Source: Octopus vulgaris
Taxonomy: Eukaryota
Direction of reading: 5' to 3'
Assembly: GCA_951406725.2 (NCBI GenBank)
Contig: OX597814.1
Location: forward strand, 123,132,001-123,196,000
Length of the DNA stretch: 64,000 nt
Part shown: one piece after another, positions 39,964-53,071 of the stretch
How positions within the stretch are numbered: position 1 is the stretch's first letter
Layout of the letters: every line of letters starts with the position of its first letter
Position numbers and translations under genes: made by a program
Notes under the pieces: model-generated
Told to the model about the DNA's origin: nothing
Seen by the model: only the letters and a program-made list of their open reading frames with translations
Databases searched by the model: none

Positions 39964-40340
39964 TAACGAGCAAAACGTCCCCCGTCCAATGGACGGTGCT
40001 GAGTTGTCAAACATTTAAACCAAATTTTCTCAAAACAACTTGTCCGACCGTTCCATAGGCCTCCCCTTTGAAAAACACTGATTTAACCTAAATTTGAGAC
40101 ACCAGCAAAAGAAAAAAATAAAGATAGACTGTTTTTCTATTCCAAGAAAAGCGATTTTACAAATGCACGTTCCCACGGCTTTATCGATCGCATTCTCACC
40201 TGGAATCGATTTTTGTAATTTTTTCACGCCCTGATACCGTCGGTATCTACATATCAAATTTGAGCGCAATCGGATGGAGGATGCCCGAGATCCTAGAAGA
40301 CACACACGCAGACAGACAGAATGGATTTTATATAATAGAT
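39964..40340 (-). mobile_element. Non-autonomous Helitron-like element
   Basis: Minus strand begins A|TCTATTATATAAA with CTGT repeats and CCGATTGCGCTCAAATTTG; ends with hairpin CCGTCCattGGACGG and CTCG|T (CTAG-like). Confidence 0.65.
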
Positions 40341-40638
40341 TTTCTCATCAAGTGATACAACTTCCTTTCAGCTCTGGTGAATATAGCTTGTTGGCGATTT
40401 ACAAAGTAATGTTACTGTAGTGCTCACCCTCTCTCCTATGATGTAAAAGATAGAGGGAAAATTTTTAAGTAGCACAAATGGAACGAGGGGAAATAAGTGA
40501 CAGACAGCTGGACAACGTGAAAGGTTAGAAGAGGTTGACAAAAACTCAGAAAGTGATGGGTACAATGTAGACACAAAGAAAATTAATAAGGTTGTGCACA
40601 GTGAATTGTATGCCAAAAGAAAACGAGAAAGAAAAAAG

Positions 40639-40676
40639 TAAACTGACGTTTCGGGTGAACCCTTTATCAATGTTTA
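40639..40676 (-). ncRNA. Minimal hammerhead motif, U3-A8 variant
   Basis: TAAACa-TTGATAA-a-GGGttcaCCC-GAAA-CG-TC-aGTTTA. Confidence 0.55.
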
Positions 40677-41722
40677 GTAAGAAGCAAGACAAAAGAAGTT
40701 AGAAAAGAAATACCTATTTGAAGCATGTGTGTATCTTTTGACTACTTCCAAATTTTTCGCACCTTCAGTCCGTTTAACCGTAATGATTCACAACTTTGAG
40801 TTACTTGAATATTCTATTTAAATTATTCAATCCTCGACAAACGAGAGAACTCTTTGAAGCTTAGAGCTTACACTTTATGGTCGAAGGTCATTCATTCTGA
40901 ATCATCTCGCCTCAAGTCTTTATCTGGCTTCCTTACATATCGAGTGATATTCTGTTTAATCTTGCTAGTTGTCCATAAAAATACACCAAGAATTTCAAGT
41001 TGTTGCTGTTGCTTGTATAGTTCACTGTACTGTACTCATGCAAAAATCCCGGTCAATCTAAGTGTATGTTCTACATTAGAACATATTAATATTTTACCGC
41101 CTTAGTTTACAGCGTTAAGTTGCGCTTACGTCATAAAAATGTCCAGATGAAAAGTAAGAGCCAGAAACTTAGCATTCTGCAACTCCATACGGCAGCTGAA
41201 TGTATCAAATCTTTCCACAAACTACCCATATAACTAATGATTCGGTTGTTGCGGTATTAAGCTCAACTGCTGTGGATACAACTAGAAAATGTGTAGAAAA
41301 TACGTGGATGCAACTAGAAAATGCGTAGACTCTCACTAACCTCAGGGAAAAGCCAATGGTGGGGTGGTGGGGAGTGTTGGTCAAACATTAATGAATAATC
41401 TTGCTGCGGAAGACAAATAATGAACTCGGCTGGCAGAGGGTAGACATTATTTCAGAAGGTAACCATTGTGACCCAGGAGACAATGAGTAACTTACTTGAC
41501 CTCTAGTTTCGTCTATTCCGTAGACATCTTAATGAGGACTGCTCGAATGGCACATTTCGGCTAATTCCACCCTGTCAGCATATATATGTATTTAGCATAA
41601 AAATTTATGGATGTCTTAGCAGAATGCTAATACGTATATAAAAGATTAATATAAACAGCTAGGCGCAATGTGATACTATAAAGGAAAAATTCAATCATCA
41701 TCAGGTGTGACTCGGGGTACCG

Positions 41723-41868
41723 ACGCACCGACATTGCTAAAAACAAGAGTTAAAATACTCTTAATGCGAGTCGGCATGAGGGCGGTTGCTTCCTCTGTCA
41801 GCATGTATTTGCGCTCTTCCAACAGCATTAAGAATATTTTAACTCTTATTTCTAGCAATGTGGGTGTA
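41723..41868. mobile_element. Small MITE with about 45-bp TIRs
   Basis: ACATTGCTAAAAACAAGAGTTAAAATACTCTTAATGC versus GCATTAAGAATATTTTAACTCTTATTTCTAGCAATGT. Confidence 0.65.
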
Positions 41869-41939
41869 TTGACACGTTTAATCACACACACTTAGTGACG
41901 ATTGAATTTTTCCTTTATGATATCATATTATGCCTGGCT

Positions 41940-41989
<50 letters not shown>

Positions 41990-42024
41990 GAAAGTTTGAA
42001 AATGCAATTTTAAAAGTTGTTTAT

Positions 42025-42070
42025 TTACTTAACCGGTTTCACTTTTTTAGAAAAAGATTGTCAAAAGTAA
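42025..42070 (-). ncRNA. Minimal hammerhead motif, U3-A8 variant
   Basis: TTACTT-TTGACAA-tCTTTTTctaAAAAAGt-GAAA-CCGG-TT-AAGTAA: perfect 6-bp stem I. Confidence 0.6.
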
Positions 42071-42116
42071 CATGTAAAAGCTTGGTTGTGTTAGGTACTG
42101 GTTGTCACAAAATATT

Positions 42117-42189
<73 letters not shown>

Positions 42190-42547
42190 TCTTTGATGAT
42201 AAGAACATGTTAAGAACAGTTTACAAGGGAAAATCTTGGGAAAATATAAAAAAGTTTAACAAGTTCATTAAAATATTGGGCACAAAAGATTACAATATAT
42301 ATATACATTCTTAAGAAAATATTAAAGACAGTTTCCAGAAGGAATTATTAAAAAGTTCAGTAGAAATTTTGGTGTTGTATCTGTATATATACACACAGAA
42401 TATTATAAGTTCCAAAAAGTTTACATTTTAGTAGTAGGGTAGTTTTAACTGACCTGATTCACCATGTTATCGTAAAAGATAGCAGTCTATATATAATTCC
42501 ACTCGTGCAGTACCTTACAACTTCACTTTGTTATATCTATATATATA

Positions 42548-42593
<46 letters not shown>

Positions 42594-42598
<5 letters not shown>

Positions 42599-42900
42599 AT
42601 ATAAACGGCAGTTTGTCTGTGCGTGTTTCTGTGTGTCTGTTTGCTTGTACCCTCACCCTGACCACGGCTTTCAACCGATTCTGATGAAACTTGACACACA
42701 CATAGCCCAATGTCATAATTCAAAACTAACGCAGCGAAAATTTTGAAAAGTTAGTTCTGAAAGAAATCGATAAATTCGACATGGGGTCGAGAATCAGAAA
42801 CCCAAACCACAGACCGTCTAGGGGACGCAACTCCACCTTTTTAACTCTCAAAAAAAAAATTTATCATTTTTTCCCATATTTTTTGGCTATAATAAAAATG
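42594..42900 (+). mobile_element. Helitron/DINE-like non-autonomous element, 5' part
   Basis: TCTCTATATAAAC start, TGTCTGT repeats, AACCGATTCTGATGAAACTTG motif typical of such elements. Confidence 0.5.
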
Positions 42901-43267
42901 CTTTATAGTTATACCTATACTGCTATATATATATATAAACATGCACATGCGTTAAGGAGGACAATAAATGTTAAGGCAAGGCAAACATCTCAAGACATAT
43001 ACATTATTATTATTGGAAATTCAAAGTCTTACGGCTGTTTCTGGGATACTCAGAGCATGATATTCCGTCGAGAGAGACAAATAGGGAAAATTAGAAGAGT
43101 ATAGATTAATGAAAGGACGACATAGAGGACAGGAGGGAAGAAATAAAGAGATAAAGAATGGGAAGTGTGTGTGTGTATATATATACAATGCATACATGCA
43201 TACATACATGTATACATATACACACATATATATATATATACATGTATGCATGCATACATACATACAT

Positions 43268-43307
<40 letters not shown>

Positions 43308-43342
43308 ACATACATACATACATACATACATACATACATACA

Positions 43343-43373
<31 letters not shown>

Positions 43374-43694
43374 GTTCGTACATACATGTGTATGTGAAAG
43401 ATACACACATGCTTTATGTAGGTACCGTTTCTTTTCTTGATTGTTTTCTTCTTTCTTATTCTATTTAGATAAAGACAGTGTTCACTCGAAAGGTCCACCT
43501 ACTTATTTTCCTTTTCCTTTTCCTTTACAATTCAATGTGCACAATTCTTAGTGTTTATTTTTTTCTTTTCTTTTGTACATACATTTTGTCCACCACCTTT
43601 TTAATTTTTCTCTACCTCTTGTAACCTCTCACGTTGTCCAATCTCTCCCTCTCTTATTTCTCTCGTTCTAAATGTGCTATTTAGCTTTGTACGA

Positions 43695-43857
43695 ACACAC
43701 ACACACATGCACGCACGCACACACCTACACACACACATACAAATATACATACATACATACATACATACATACATACATACATTCATACATACATACATAC
43801 ATACATACATACATACATACATACATGCATACATACGTACGTACGTACATACATACA

Positions 43858-43889
<32 letters not shown>

Positions 43890-44180
43890 CATACATACAT
43901 ACATATATACATACATACATACATATATACATATATACATAAATACATACATACATAAATACATACATACATACATACATACATACATACATACATACAT
44001 ACATACATACATACATACATACATACATACATACATACATACATACATACATACATACATACATACATACATACATGCGTACGTACGTACGTACATACAT
44101 ACATACATACATACATACATACATACATACATACATACATACATACATACATACATACATACATACATACATACATACAT
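43695..44180. repeat. (TACA)n array
   Basis: Visible directly; source of the MYVC and HTYI ORFs. Confidence 0.95.
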
Positions 44181-44769
44181 GCGTCGGTGTGTTCACTTTT
44201 GTTAACGCATATATTATATACACAAGCGCATATATTTACATCTGTATATATGTGTGTGGGTTGTGAAAAGATAGACAGATGGAGAGAGAGAGAGAATGCT
44301 AAACTATTCTATGAAGCAGTTAAATTTTTTTCTTAGGCAAAGTATAATATAATTGACGACAGGGGTTAAGCATTTTTTAAACGAAACGAAATCTATGAAA
44401 GCGAAACACACAATGCACAACGCAAGAGATAATAAGAGTTGAGAATTTTTTATTAACGAATGGTACTGCAACGAAAATAAAAACATTCTGATCAACAGAG
44501 TATCATTTTAGTCTTCTATTTACTGCAGTAATCTGAACTTGGATGACATCTTGAATTACATTGTACATTTTATCTCAACAGAAAAAGAAATTTTTCGTTT
44601 GACACTTCATCTTACACATATATGCACTTAACACAACCTTGCCCAGTTCATGTACATCGTTGCGATGCAGATGACCTGAGTGAGAGACATATATGTATAC
44701 GTATGTATCTATAAATATATATATATGTGTGCATAAAAACATATACATTCATATATACATATGTGTATG

Positions 44770-44843
<74 letters not shown>

Positions 44844-45064
44844 TACATGCATATATGTTACAGAACGTCACTAACTTTGCAAATAACATGAAATACGTAA
44901 ACAACGAGAAAAATGAAGAAACATAACAAGTTAACACAGAGAAAGGACCTTTCATCAGTTGTTGGCTGACTATCTACTCCTCATTTCGAGCATTCAACGA
45001 CAATATGAGTCTTCAAAGACAGTTGCTCCCATAAATTCTAAGATTATGGATGGAAGATAACAGT

Positions 45065-45590
45065 TTACTCAGAGTAACTGCCCTTAGCTTCAATCACAGC
45101 CTCAAGACATCTCCAGAACCTGGGACATGCGCTCTTCCTCATATCCTAGACAAGATCTTCGAACACCTCCTTGAATTTGTCAACCATTCGTCCTTGGTAT
45201 TGCAGACAGATAAGTTGTCGTCTTTTCCAACGGTGCCCCACACATAGTAATCTATGGGATTACAATCGATGGAATTAGGGGGCCAGATACAGGAGCTGAT
45301 GAAGTCGTAGAATTTCTCCGAAAATCACTTCTGACTTTTTCTGGAAATATGACAAGGAACTGAAGCCTGCTGCAACATTTATGGCCAATCATCTTCATCC
45401 AGGTTTTGACCAGTTTCAAGCAGTTTCACTTAGCCCTCTGAATTAAGACTGTTGAAAGATGCGGGATGGCATGACATCACCATCACTGAAAAAACACTCA
45501 AAGACCATCACAGTTTGGAGAAACTTGGTTGTCATGATGTCCACGTCACATCTTACAGTCTTTAAAGTATTCGCAGAACATTGGACAGCC
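45065..45590 (-). pseudogene. Tc1/mariner-superfamily transposase C-terminal fragment (maT/DD37D-like)
   Basis: MTTKFLQTVMVFECFFSDGDVMPSRIFQQ, WPPNSIDCNPIDYYVWG (cf. WPPNSPDxNPxDY), ending EAKGSYSE*; disrupted. Confidence 0.8.
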
Positions 45591-45870
45591 TTCATGGTGT
45601 CAGTGTTTGGATACCCGGCGTGAATCACTAAGCATCCGGTAAGTATTTTCCAATGTTTAGATGGCTTCCAGTCCTCTGTGTCAGCTAACTTATTCTCAAC
45701 AACAACTTTAACCTTTATGTTCTCCAACGCTGCTGACTGTTCACCAATATATCAAGCTGTATCTGAAAAAATTAAGTCTAAAAAATCGTCAAATTCATCC
45801 CGAATATCAAATATACACGTTAGCTAATGCACACAGATGGCTGTTTAACTTAACAGTGATTGCACTAAAT

Positions 45871-45959
<89 letters not shown>

Positions 45960-46029
45960 CATATATATTAGGATCACCACTACTTTATTATATCCCCTTC
46001 TCCCTAGTCCTCCTGTGTGACCCTTCTGT

Positions 46030-46205
46030 CCGGCATTCGCCATAATAGATCGCTAGCCACTACACTACACATTCTTTATTTTCTCTCCTTGTTTCTTTCT
46101 GAGTTCCTTTCTGTGGAAGAGCGTAGGCTCGAAACGTTAAAGACTTTTCCCTTCCCGTGCGTTATACTAATACATCTGTTTGTTGTCTACACCACCTGTC
46201 ATCTA
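46030..46205 (+). mobile_element. Short pLTR-like repeat with HHR-like hairpin
   Basis: CTTTCTGTGGAA-GAGCgtagGCTC-GAAACGTT-AAAG; homologous to 34250-34450. Confidence 0.6.
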
Positions 46206-46223
46206 TATGTATGTATATATATG

Positions 46224-46255
<32 letters not shown>

Positions 46256-47067
46256 CAGACAGAAACAAAACAAATACAAATAACAAAAAAACGACAACAA
46301 AAGTCCAAGGGGCATTTACAGTTAATATTAGGTTGATGCTCAAGGAAAATCTAGAAGCGACTAAGAAGAGAGGAAAAGAAAGACAAAAAGGAGAACGGAA
46401 GAGAATGTGTGTGTGTGTCTACATATATATATAAACATTTTGCTAGGCATACTCACGATTCTGCCAGCTCACCGCCTCATCGGCAGCCAAAATAAGTCCT
46501 TTGTTACACTCTCAGATAAAAATCAGAATAGTAACTCTCCACTCAAAAAAAGCAAAAAAAAATGGTACCTGATATTTCTTTCATTTTGATTGATAGTAAT
46601 TTAATATTATGTTTCGTAGAGAGCACGTTAGTTATGCTATGTTGTCTTAAACAACCTTACTAATCTTCAGAATACCTAGGAAATGTGTACAAATGATTCT
46701 ATGTTATAACTTATCTTGAGGTTTTAGGTACTTTTTAGAATAATTAAGAATTCTGTTCAAGGCCTTCAGTTTCCTACACTATTGGTAACGCCCTCACGCG
46801 CTAATATATGTCTTCTTTTGGAATGGATGTATTTGCCAATATACAGGATATACAAGCGTGTGTGTTTGTGCGTGTGTGTGTGTGTGTGTGTGTGTACGTG
46901 TATGTATATAGTTGTTTGGGGGAATAGATACGTTTCCCATTATACAGAGTGTGTGTATGTATGCACATATATGTTACACGTATATGTGTGTGTGTATGCA
47001 TGCATGCATGCGTGTATGTATGTATATACGTGTAACATATATGTATGTGTACGTGTATGCATATATA

Positions 47068-47153
<86 letters not shown>

Positions 47154-47173
47154 TGTGCATGTGTATATACATA

Positions 47174-48050
47174 CATAGTCTGATCAATAAGTAATAATCT
47201 GAACTGTTGCTATAGTAACGAAGCTAAAACATGCAGCGTGAAATTGCTTGGCAATGATTGACCTTCAACACTGATGAGTATGCGCACTAAATTTTAACGT
47301 TCAAGCTCACTTCCGCTGTTTACGGCAGTGCTTGGAAGGGAGGTGTGTAGTGTGTGATCATCGCATTGACCATGACAGAGTAAGTTCTCATGGCAATACC
47401 TACTCAGTTGCAGAAAGTCTATGGAGAGAAGTGTATGAGCCGCACTGAAGTATACGAGTGGTTCCGACGTTTCCAAGATGGCCGAAAAAGTAACGATGTT
47501 GGCGAACATTCTGGGAGGTCCGCAACCAACAGAACTGAGAAAAGCATCGCAGATATACGTGCAGCTATGAGGGGAATCACCGTCCGTGAGTTATCAGAGG
47601 ATGTGCAGATTAGTGACGGTCCAGTTCAGTCTATTATCACTGAAGAATTGGGTATGAGATGCGTGTCTGCCAAGTTCATGCTAAAACTGCTTTCAGCTGA
47701 CCAAAAAGAAATTCGGGTTTCAGTTGCACAAAAATTCCTAGATTGTGTCGAGAACGATGAAAACTTTTTTGAAAACTTTATTAAGACCTGTGAGCAGGTA
47801 TCGCCAAGCTTTTGGCAAAATTTGATGCAGATTCTCAGCTCAACTTTCTTTGTCGTGGTCAAAGCGAAAATCAAACACTACACACCTTCCTTACAAGCAC
47901 TGCTGTAAACAGTAGAAGTGAGTTAGAACGTTAAAACTTCGTGCGCATGCAAAGCAGAGTTCAAGGTCAATATTTACCAAGCGACTTTACGTTGCGTGAT
48001 TTAGCTTCGTTACTAAGGCAACCGTCCGGATACTTATTGATCAGACCACG
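47174..48050 (+). mobile_element. Non-autonomous mariner derivative with 230-260 bp inverted arms
   Basis: TA|CATAGTCTGATCAATAAG ... CTTATTGATCAGACCACG|TA; arms extend into the transposase N-terminus. Confidence 0.9.
47390..47785 (+). pseudogene. Mariner transposase DNA-binding region only
   Basis: LQKVYGEKCMSRTEVYEWFRRFQDGR...SGR...ITVRELSE...VSAKFMLKLL (WVPxxL-equivalent). Runs into the right arm just before the catalytic DDD domain. Confidence 0.85.
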
Positions 48051-48239
48051 TATATATAAATATACATGTACATCCATACACATATATACATACACACATA
48101 CATAATTTAATGCACACACACATAACACACATATATGTATGTGTATGTAAGTTGCCAATGTTCTGCTGAATCGATTTTTGCTGTTAGGGAATGTGTTTGT
48201 ACATGTGTGTATGCGTGTATGTGCGTGCGTATGAATGTG

Positions 48240-48281
<42 letters not shown>

Positions 48282-49544
48282 TTAATGTGTGTGTTTGTTT
48301 AAGTGATCGTTAAGTCTAAGTTATGTCTCAGCTAACCGGAATCAAATTCGACATATTATATCTTAACTGAACTTATAAAAATAGACTTATGGCTCCTTAA
48401 GTTATGGCTTGATCGAACATCTGCCAATAGAAACGACTTTTCACTGCTTAGCCAGGCGATATTAAACCAGTTAATTTACATTTTGAATTCTTCAATTTCA
48501 AAAGGATGTCGTAAAAAAAAAAAAGACGAACGGAATATATAAAGGATAATGCCGGTTTGAGAATTAACGGGGAATGTGGGCAACGGTTAGCAAATATAGG
48601 CAAATATTCAGTTTTATTGTTATTCTCTCTATATTCTGACTTCAAATCAAAATCTCTGATATTGCTTTTTCTCGAATTTGAAAGTTTTCTGAACATTTTT
48701 CGATTTCCAATTGTGAAATTAAGTGCAGATTTTATTAACAACATATTTTGACAGGGAGAAAAAAAAAAGAGCAAACTTTAAAATATAAAAGATGAAATTA
48801 TCGAGAGAAAATTTCCATAACTGCCTCACCAAGGAAACAAGGTAAAAGAAAACATGGCGGGGAGGAGGTTAAGCTGCAGAAGGTAGGTGGAGTGTGATGG
48901 GTTGTACATCTTAGAATAAATGGCGTGTTTAGCGGCGCCTTGCAGACATGATTGCAAAAGCGTTGTCGCGCAGAATGGCCAGAGGCACTCATTGCAACAG
49001 CTACTCGACCTCGCAGGGCTCATTCTTCAAGCGGGCCGCAGTTATCCCGATTTTGCTGAAGAAATCAGCAGTGTGGGGTCCAAAAACATCTGAGGTTTCG
49101 ACGATGACCCGCACAAACTGATAGCGACCGGTCAGGTTCCTGTATTTGTTTATCTCTTCTGCCTTAGGTCAACTTTCCCGTTCATAATTTTGGGGATAGC
49201 TGGAACAACGTTCCAATTCAGTGTTTGAGGTCTAATTGATTTAATTGCTTCCACTCCACAAAAGATTCTGATCTTATTTTCGCGTTATAAATTATTATTT
49301 TAAAATACCTAATCATTGTATAATTTTGACGCAAAAACTACATACTCTGAATGTCATTCTAAGATCTACGAGTTACATTTTGACTATGCGTTGCTGAGAA
49401 GGTTTAAGACCTGAACATATCCGTCGCTATTACAATCCAGTGGTAATACTCACTCCACACAACATACCTCCATTAGGCGATTTAAATTTCAGAGTTCTTT
49501 CCCTTGCTTCACTTAAGAAATATTACTGCTAACAATTTTTTCTT

Positions 49545-49771
49545 ACTCTTTTACTCTTTTACTTGTTTCAGTCATGTGACTGCGGCCATGCTGGAGCACC
49601 GCCTTTAGTCGAGCAAATCGACCCCAGGACTTATTCTTTGCATGCCTAGTACTTATTCTATCGGTGTCTTTTGCCGAACCGCTAAGTTACGGGGACGTAA
49701 ACATACCAGCATCAGTTGTCAAGCGATGTTGGGGAGACAAACACAGACACACAAACATATACACACACATA

Positions 49772-49846
<75 letters not shown>

Positions 49847-50003
49847 GACGGGCTTCTTTCAGTTTCCGTCTACCAAATCCGCTCACAAGGCTTTGGTCGG
49901 CCCGAGGCTATAGTAGAAGACACTTGCCCAAGGTGCCACGCAGTAGGTCTGAACCCGGAACTATGTAGTTCGTAAGCAAAGCTACTTACCACGCAGCCAT
50001 TCC
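49545..50003 (-). mobile_element. Family A SINE, full length
   Basis: Reverse complement of 39077-39590. Confidence 0.9.
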
Positions 50004-50051
50004 TACGCCTAATAATAATAACAATAATCCTTATTATTATTATTATTATTA

Positions 50052-50118
<67 letters not shown>

Positions 50119-50332
50119 CATTATTAATTTGTCGTTGTTACTGAGGCTGTTAGTTTATACCTTACCACACAATTTTGCTTGTACATTAGGAGTGTATTTC
50201 ACAATTCATTATTATGAGTTAATTAGTTAACTAATTACCTAATTAACCAATCGATTTTGATCAATAAAACAGTTGAGTCATCAAAGTCTTTTCATTGTAA
50301 TCTATGACATTATCGATGACATGCCTTTACCT

Positions 50333-50490
50333 CAAGGGCGGACTGAGCCGTCGGTCAATCGGGCACTGCTCGAGGGCCCGAAGCTCTGATGGCCCCGCAC
50401 TCTACATGTTAATTCTACTAAAACACACATTCAAAGGGGCCAGGTAAACAGTTATGCCCGAAGGCCCTTAATACTCTCAGTCCGCCCCTG
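50333..50490. mobile_element. hAT-type MITE
   Basis: TIRs CAAGGGCGGACTGAG / CTCAGTCCGCCCCTG; 8-bp flanks CTTTACCT / CTTCACCA. Confidence 0.75.
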
Positions 50491-50510
50491 CTTCACCAGC
50501 TTTAAATATT

Positions 50511-50940
50511 ATTTACTACTCTAGGCACAAGGTCCGAAATTTGGGGGGATGGGGGCCAGTCGATTAGATCGACCCCAGTACGCAACTGATACCTAATTTA
50601 TCGACCCCGAAAGGATGAAAGGCAAAGTCGACCTGGGCGGAATTTGAACTCAGAACGTAAAGACAGACGAAATACCGCTAAGCATTTCGCCCGGTGTACT
50701 AATGTTTCTTATTTCTTTATTGCTCACAAGGAGCTAATTATAGAGGGGACAAACAAGGACAGACAAAGGGATTAAGTCGATTACATCGACCCCAGTGCAT
50801 AACTGGTACTTATTTAATCGACCCCAAAAGGATGAAAGGCAAAGTCGACCTCGGCGGAATTACGAACCCAGAACGTAACGGCAGACGAAATACGGCTACG
50901 CATTTCGCCCGTCGTGCTAACGTTTCTGCCAGCTTGCCGC
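50511..50940 (-). mobile_element. Family C SINE dimer with 20-bp TSD
   Basis: Two cores plus linker; CTTCACC(A/T)GCTTTAAATATT at 50491-50510 and 50941-50960. Confidence 0.88.
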
Positions 50941-51029
50941 CTTCACCTGCTTTAAATATTGTCTCTTTTCTATTGCCTTCAGTAATATTTGCTCAATTAA
51001 CACCTACTCATTGTATGTATCTATCCAGT

Positions 51030-51460
51030 AGACAACTTAACGCTGAATTAACAGTCATCATTTACACAGTCTATTCATATCGTCAACATCTACACTTTCT
51101 GACTCTGTAGTCGACTTCAAAAAAAAACCTCTCCTTGTAACACACATCTACATCTATGCAGTCAAACACGTATATAACGTTTCTATCTACTGAAATACAA
51201 TACGTCTCACTATCCCTGATCTACATACTGTATCTGTGTAGTCAATATGTCCGCCATGTCTCCGTCTAACCAACATCTACGTACTGCGTCTATCTTGTCA
51301 ACATCTACGCGCTGTAATTGTGCAATCAATAGCTAAATGTGTGTCCATCGAGTCAATATCTTCAATATCCTTTCGATATGTTTGCATAACAAGTTAATAT
51401 CAACACACAGTATCTGTATAGTTAGACGTTATCTACACACCGTCGACATTTACTCGCTTG
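51030..51460. repeat. Decayed minisatellite, about 28-bp unit
   Basis: GTCAACATCTAC-like starts at 51082, 51110, 51241, 51269, 51297, 51325 and 51352. Confidence 0.6.
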
Positions 51461-51752
51461 TAGATGATGATGATGATGATGATGGTAGTGGTGGTTGTAA
51501 GAGGAGGAGGAGGGAGAGAGATTATCGCAAATATTTTTCTTTATTTTTTTCCCTTTTTACAAAAGAATTACTTCTCTTTGTCATTAAGACCATACTTTAA
51601 ATCTAAAACCCCTAATTTCAAATTGAATCAAATTGAATCTCTCAGATCCAATTAGATATCACTAACTTCAAGCTAAAGACCTCTAATTCATGCAAAGGTC
51701 ACAAATTTAATTAATGAATTTTATAATAACCAATGTGTATATGTATGTATGC

Positions 51753-51785
<33 letters not shown>

Positions 51786-51807
51786 TGTATGTATGTATGT
51801 ATGTATG

Positions 51808-51871
<64 letters not shown>

Positions 51872-51936
51872 GGAAAAATCAATTCTTTGTGTTTGTATTA
51901 TATACATGTTTTTAGCGTAATTCTATGCACATAATT

Positions 51937-51979
<43 letters not shown>

Positions 51980-52763
51980 ACGATAGAGAGACAGAGCGAT
52001 AGAGAGAAAGAATGAAACAGATTGTGTACAAGAAATTACATGTTATAACAAAGGTTTATTAAATCTTGCTATTGTTTAAACAACTCGGTTGCTTTTTCTC
52101 CGATCATATAAGGTTAATATACATTTTTTTTTTAATAATTGTTTGAAAAAAAAAAATCTTTATGATTAACGTTAAGGTATTCAGATATCTGAAAAAAATG
52201 TTCCCTACAATCAATATGAATTAGATTTGCAAGGAAATGGATTTTCCAAAAAAAAAATAATAATAATAATAAAGAATAGTAAATAATCTAAAAATATTAC
52301 AAATGGATTTCCCATGATTTATTTCAAGATTATTCATAGAAAAAAAAACAACACACATTTCTTCCCTGTTGATTTTACTTGCTGTTGAGTAATGTAAAGA
52401 TTATATCTTGCTAATAATCTGAATGATTTTTGCAGTTTTTTATGAAGTTCTCATATGTTGTTGCTATTCAATATCTTTCAGCTAATGTTTGCATTAGAAA
52501 AATCCGAAACATCTTGTCCGTCGATTGAATTCGTGAACAAAATAATTTCAGTACCAAATATGTAGGCAAATACTCAAAAAGAGGCTTTTGCTGTGAGCTA
52601 CACATGAGCTTTATGTGCATTTTCAACCTCCACATGGGCATAGTTGTGTGGTTAAAATGTCTGTTTCTCAGTTACATGGCTTTGGGATCAATCCCGCCAG
52701 ACAGCACATAAGTCTCATAACATCGTTTTGAGTCAATCAAAGCTTTGTGAATGAAATTCATTA

Positions 52764-52983
52764 CAGTAATGCCTCGATTATCGCGTGTGTTACGTTCCAA
52801 AACCCCCCAAGATAGGTGACAATCCGCGAAGTAGGAACAGTGCTGTACTGTATTTTTTTTTTTTTTTTTATAATTTGTATATATTTATTTTATTATAAAT
52901 GCAAAACAACACTACGGAGGAATCGACATAAGCTTAAATAATAATCCGCGATAGGTGAACCGCGATATAGCGAGGGATTATTT
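52764..52983. mobile_element. Tigger/pogo-type MITE inserted at TA in a decayed family A head
   Basis: TA|CAGTAATGCCTCGATTATCGCG ... CGCGATATAGCGAGGGATTA; internal AATCCGCGA repeats. Confidence 0.7.
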
Positions 52984-53071
52984 TAGAAGGAAACAGTGTG
53001 TTTCTGGTGATAGACTTGACTTAACCTGTTACCCAGTTTAAACACTACCTGACCTTTAAGTGCCTTTCGAT

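Noticed and set aside
41500-41537. Minus-strand HHR-like GTCTA-cggaa-TAGAC-GAAA-CTAG
   Set aside because: Core reads ATTAAGA and the UH cleavage site is missing; at best a dead relic, so not counted.
47268-47290. CTGATGA as a hammerhead core
   Set aside because: Lies in the mariner arm, is not conserved in the other arm, and has no stem II/GAAA partner.
48830-49140. GC-rich island, possible exon or Gypsy remnant
   Set aside because: No frame gave a recognisable motif; cannot be classified without a search.
51030-51460. CRISPR-like array (also 57117-57200)
   Set aside because: Repeats are degenerate, intervening sequences are related to each other, there are no cas genes, and the context is eukaryotic.
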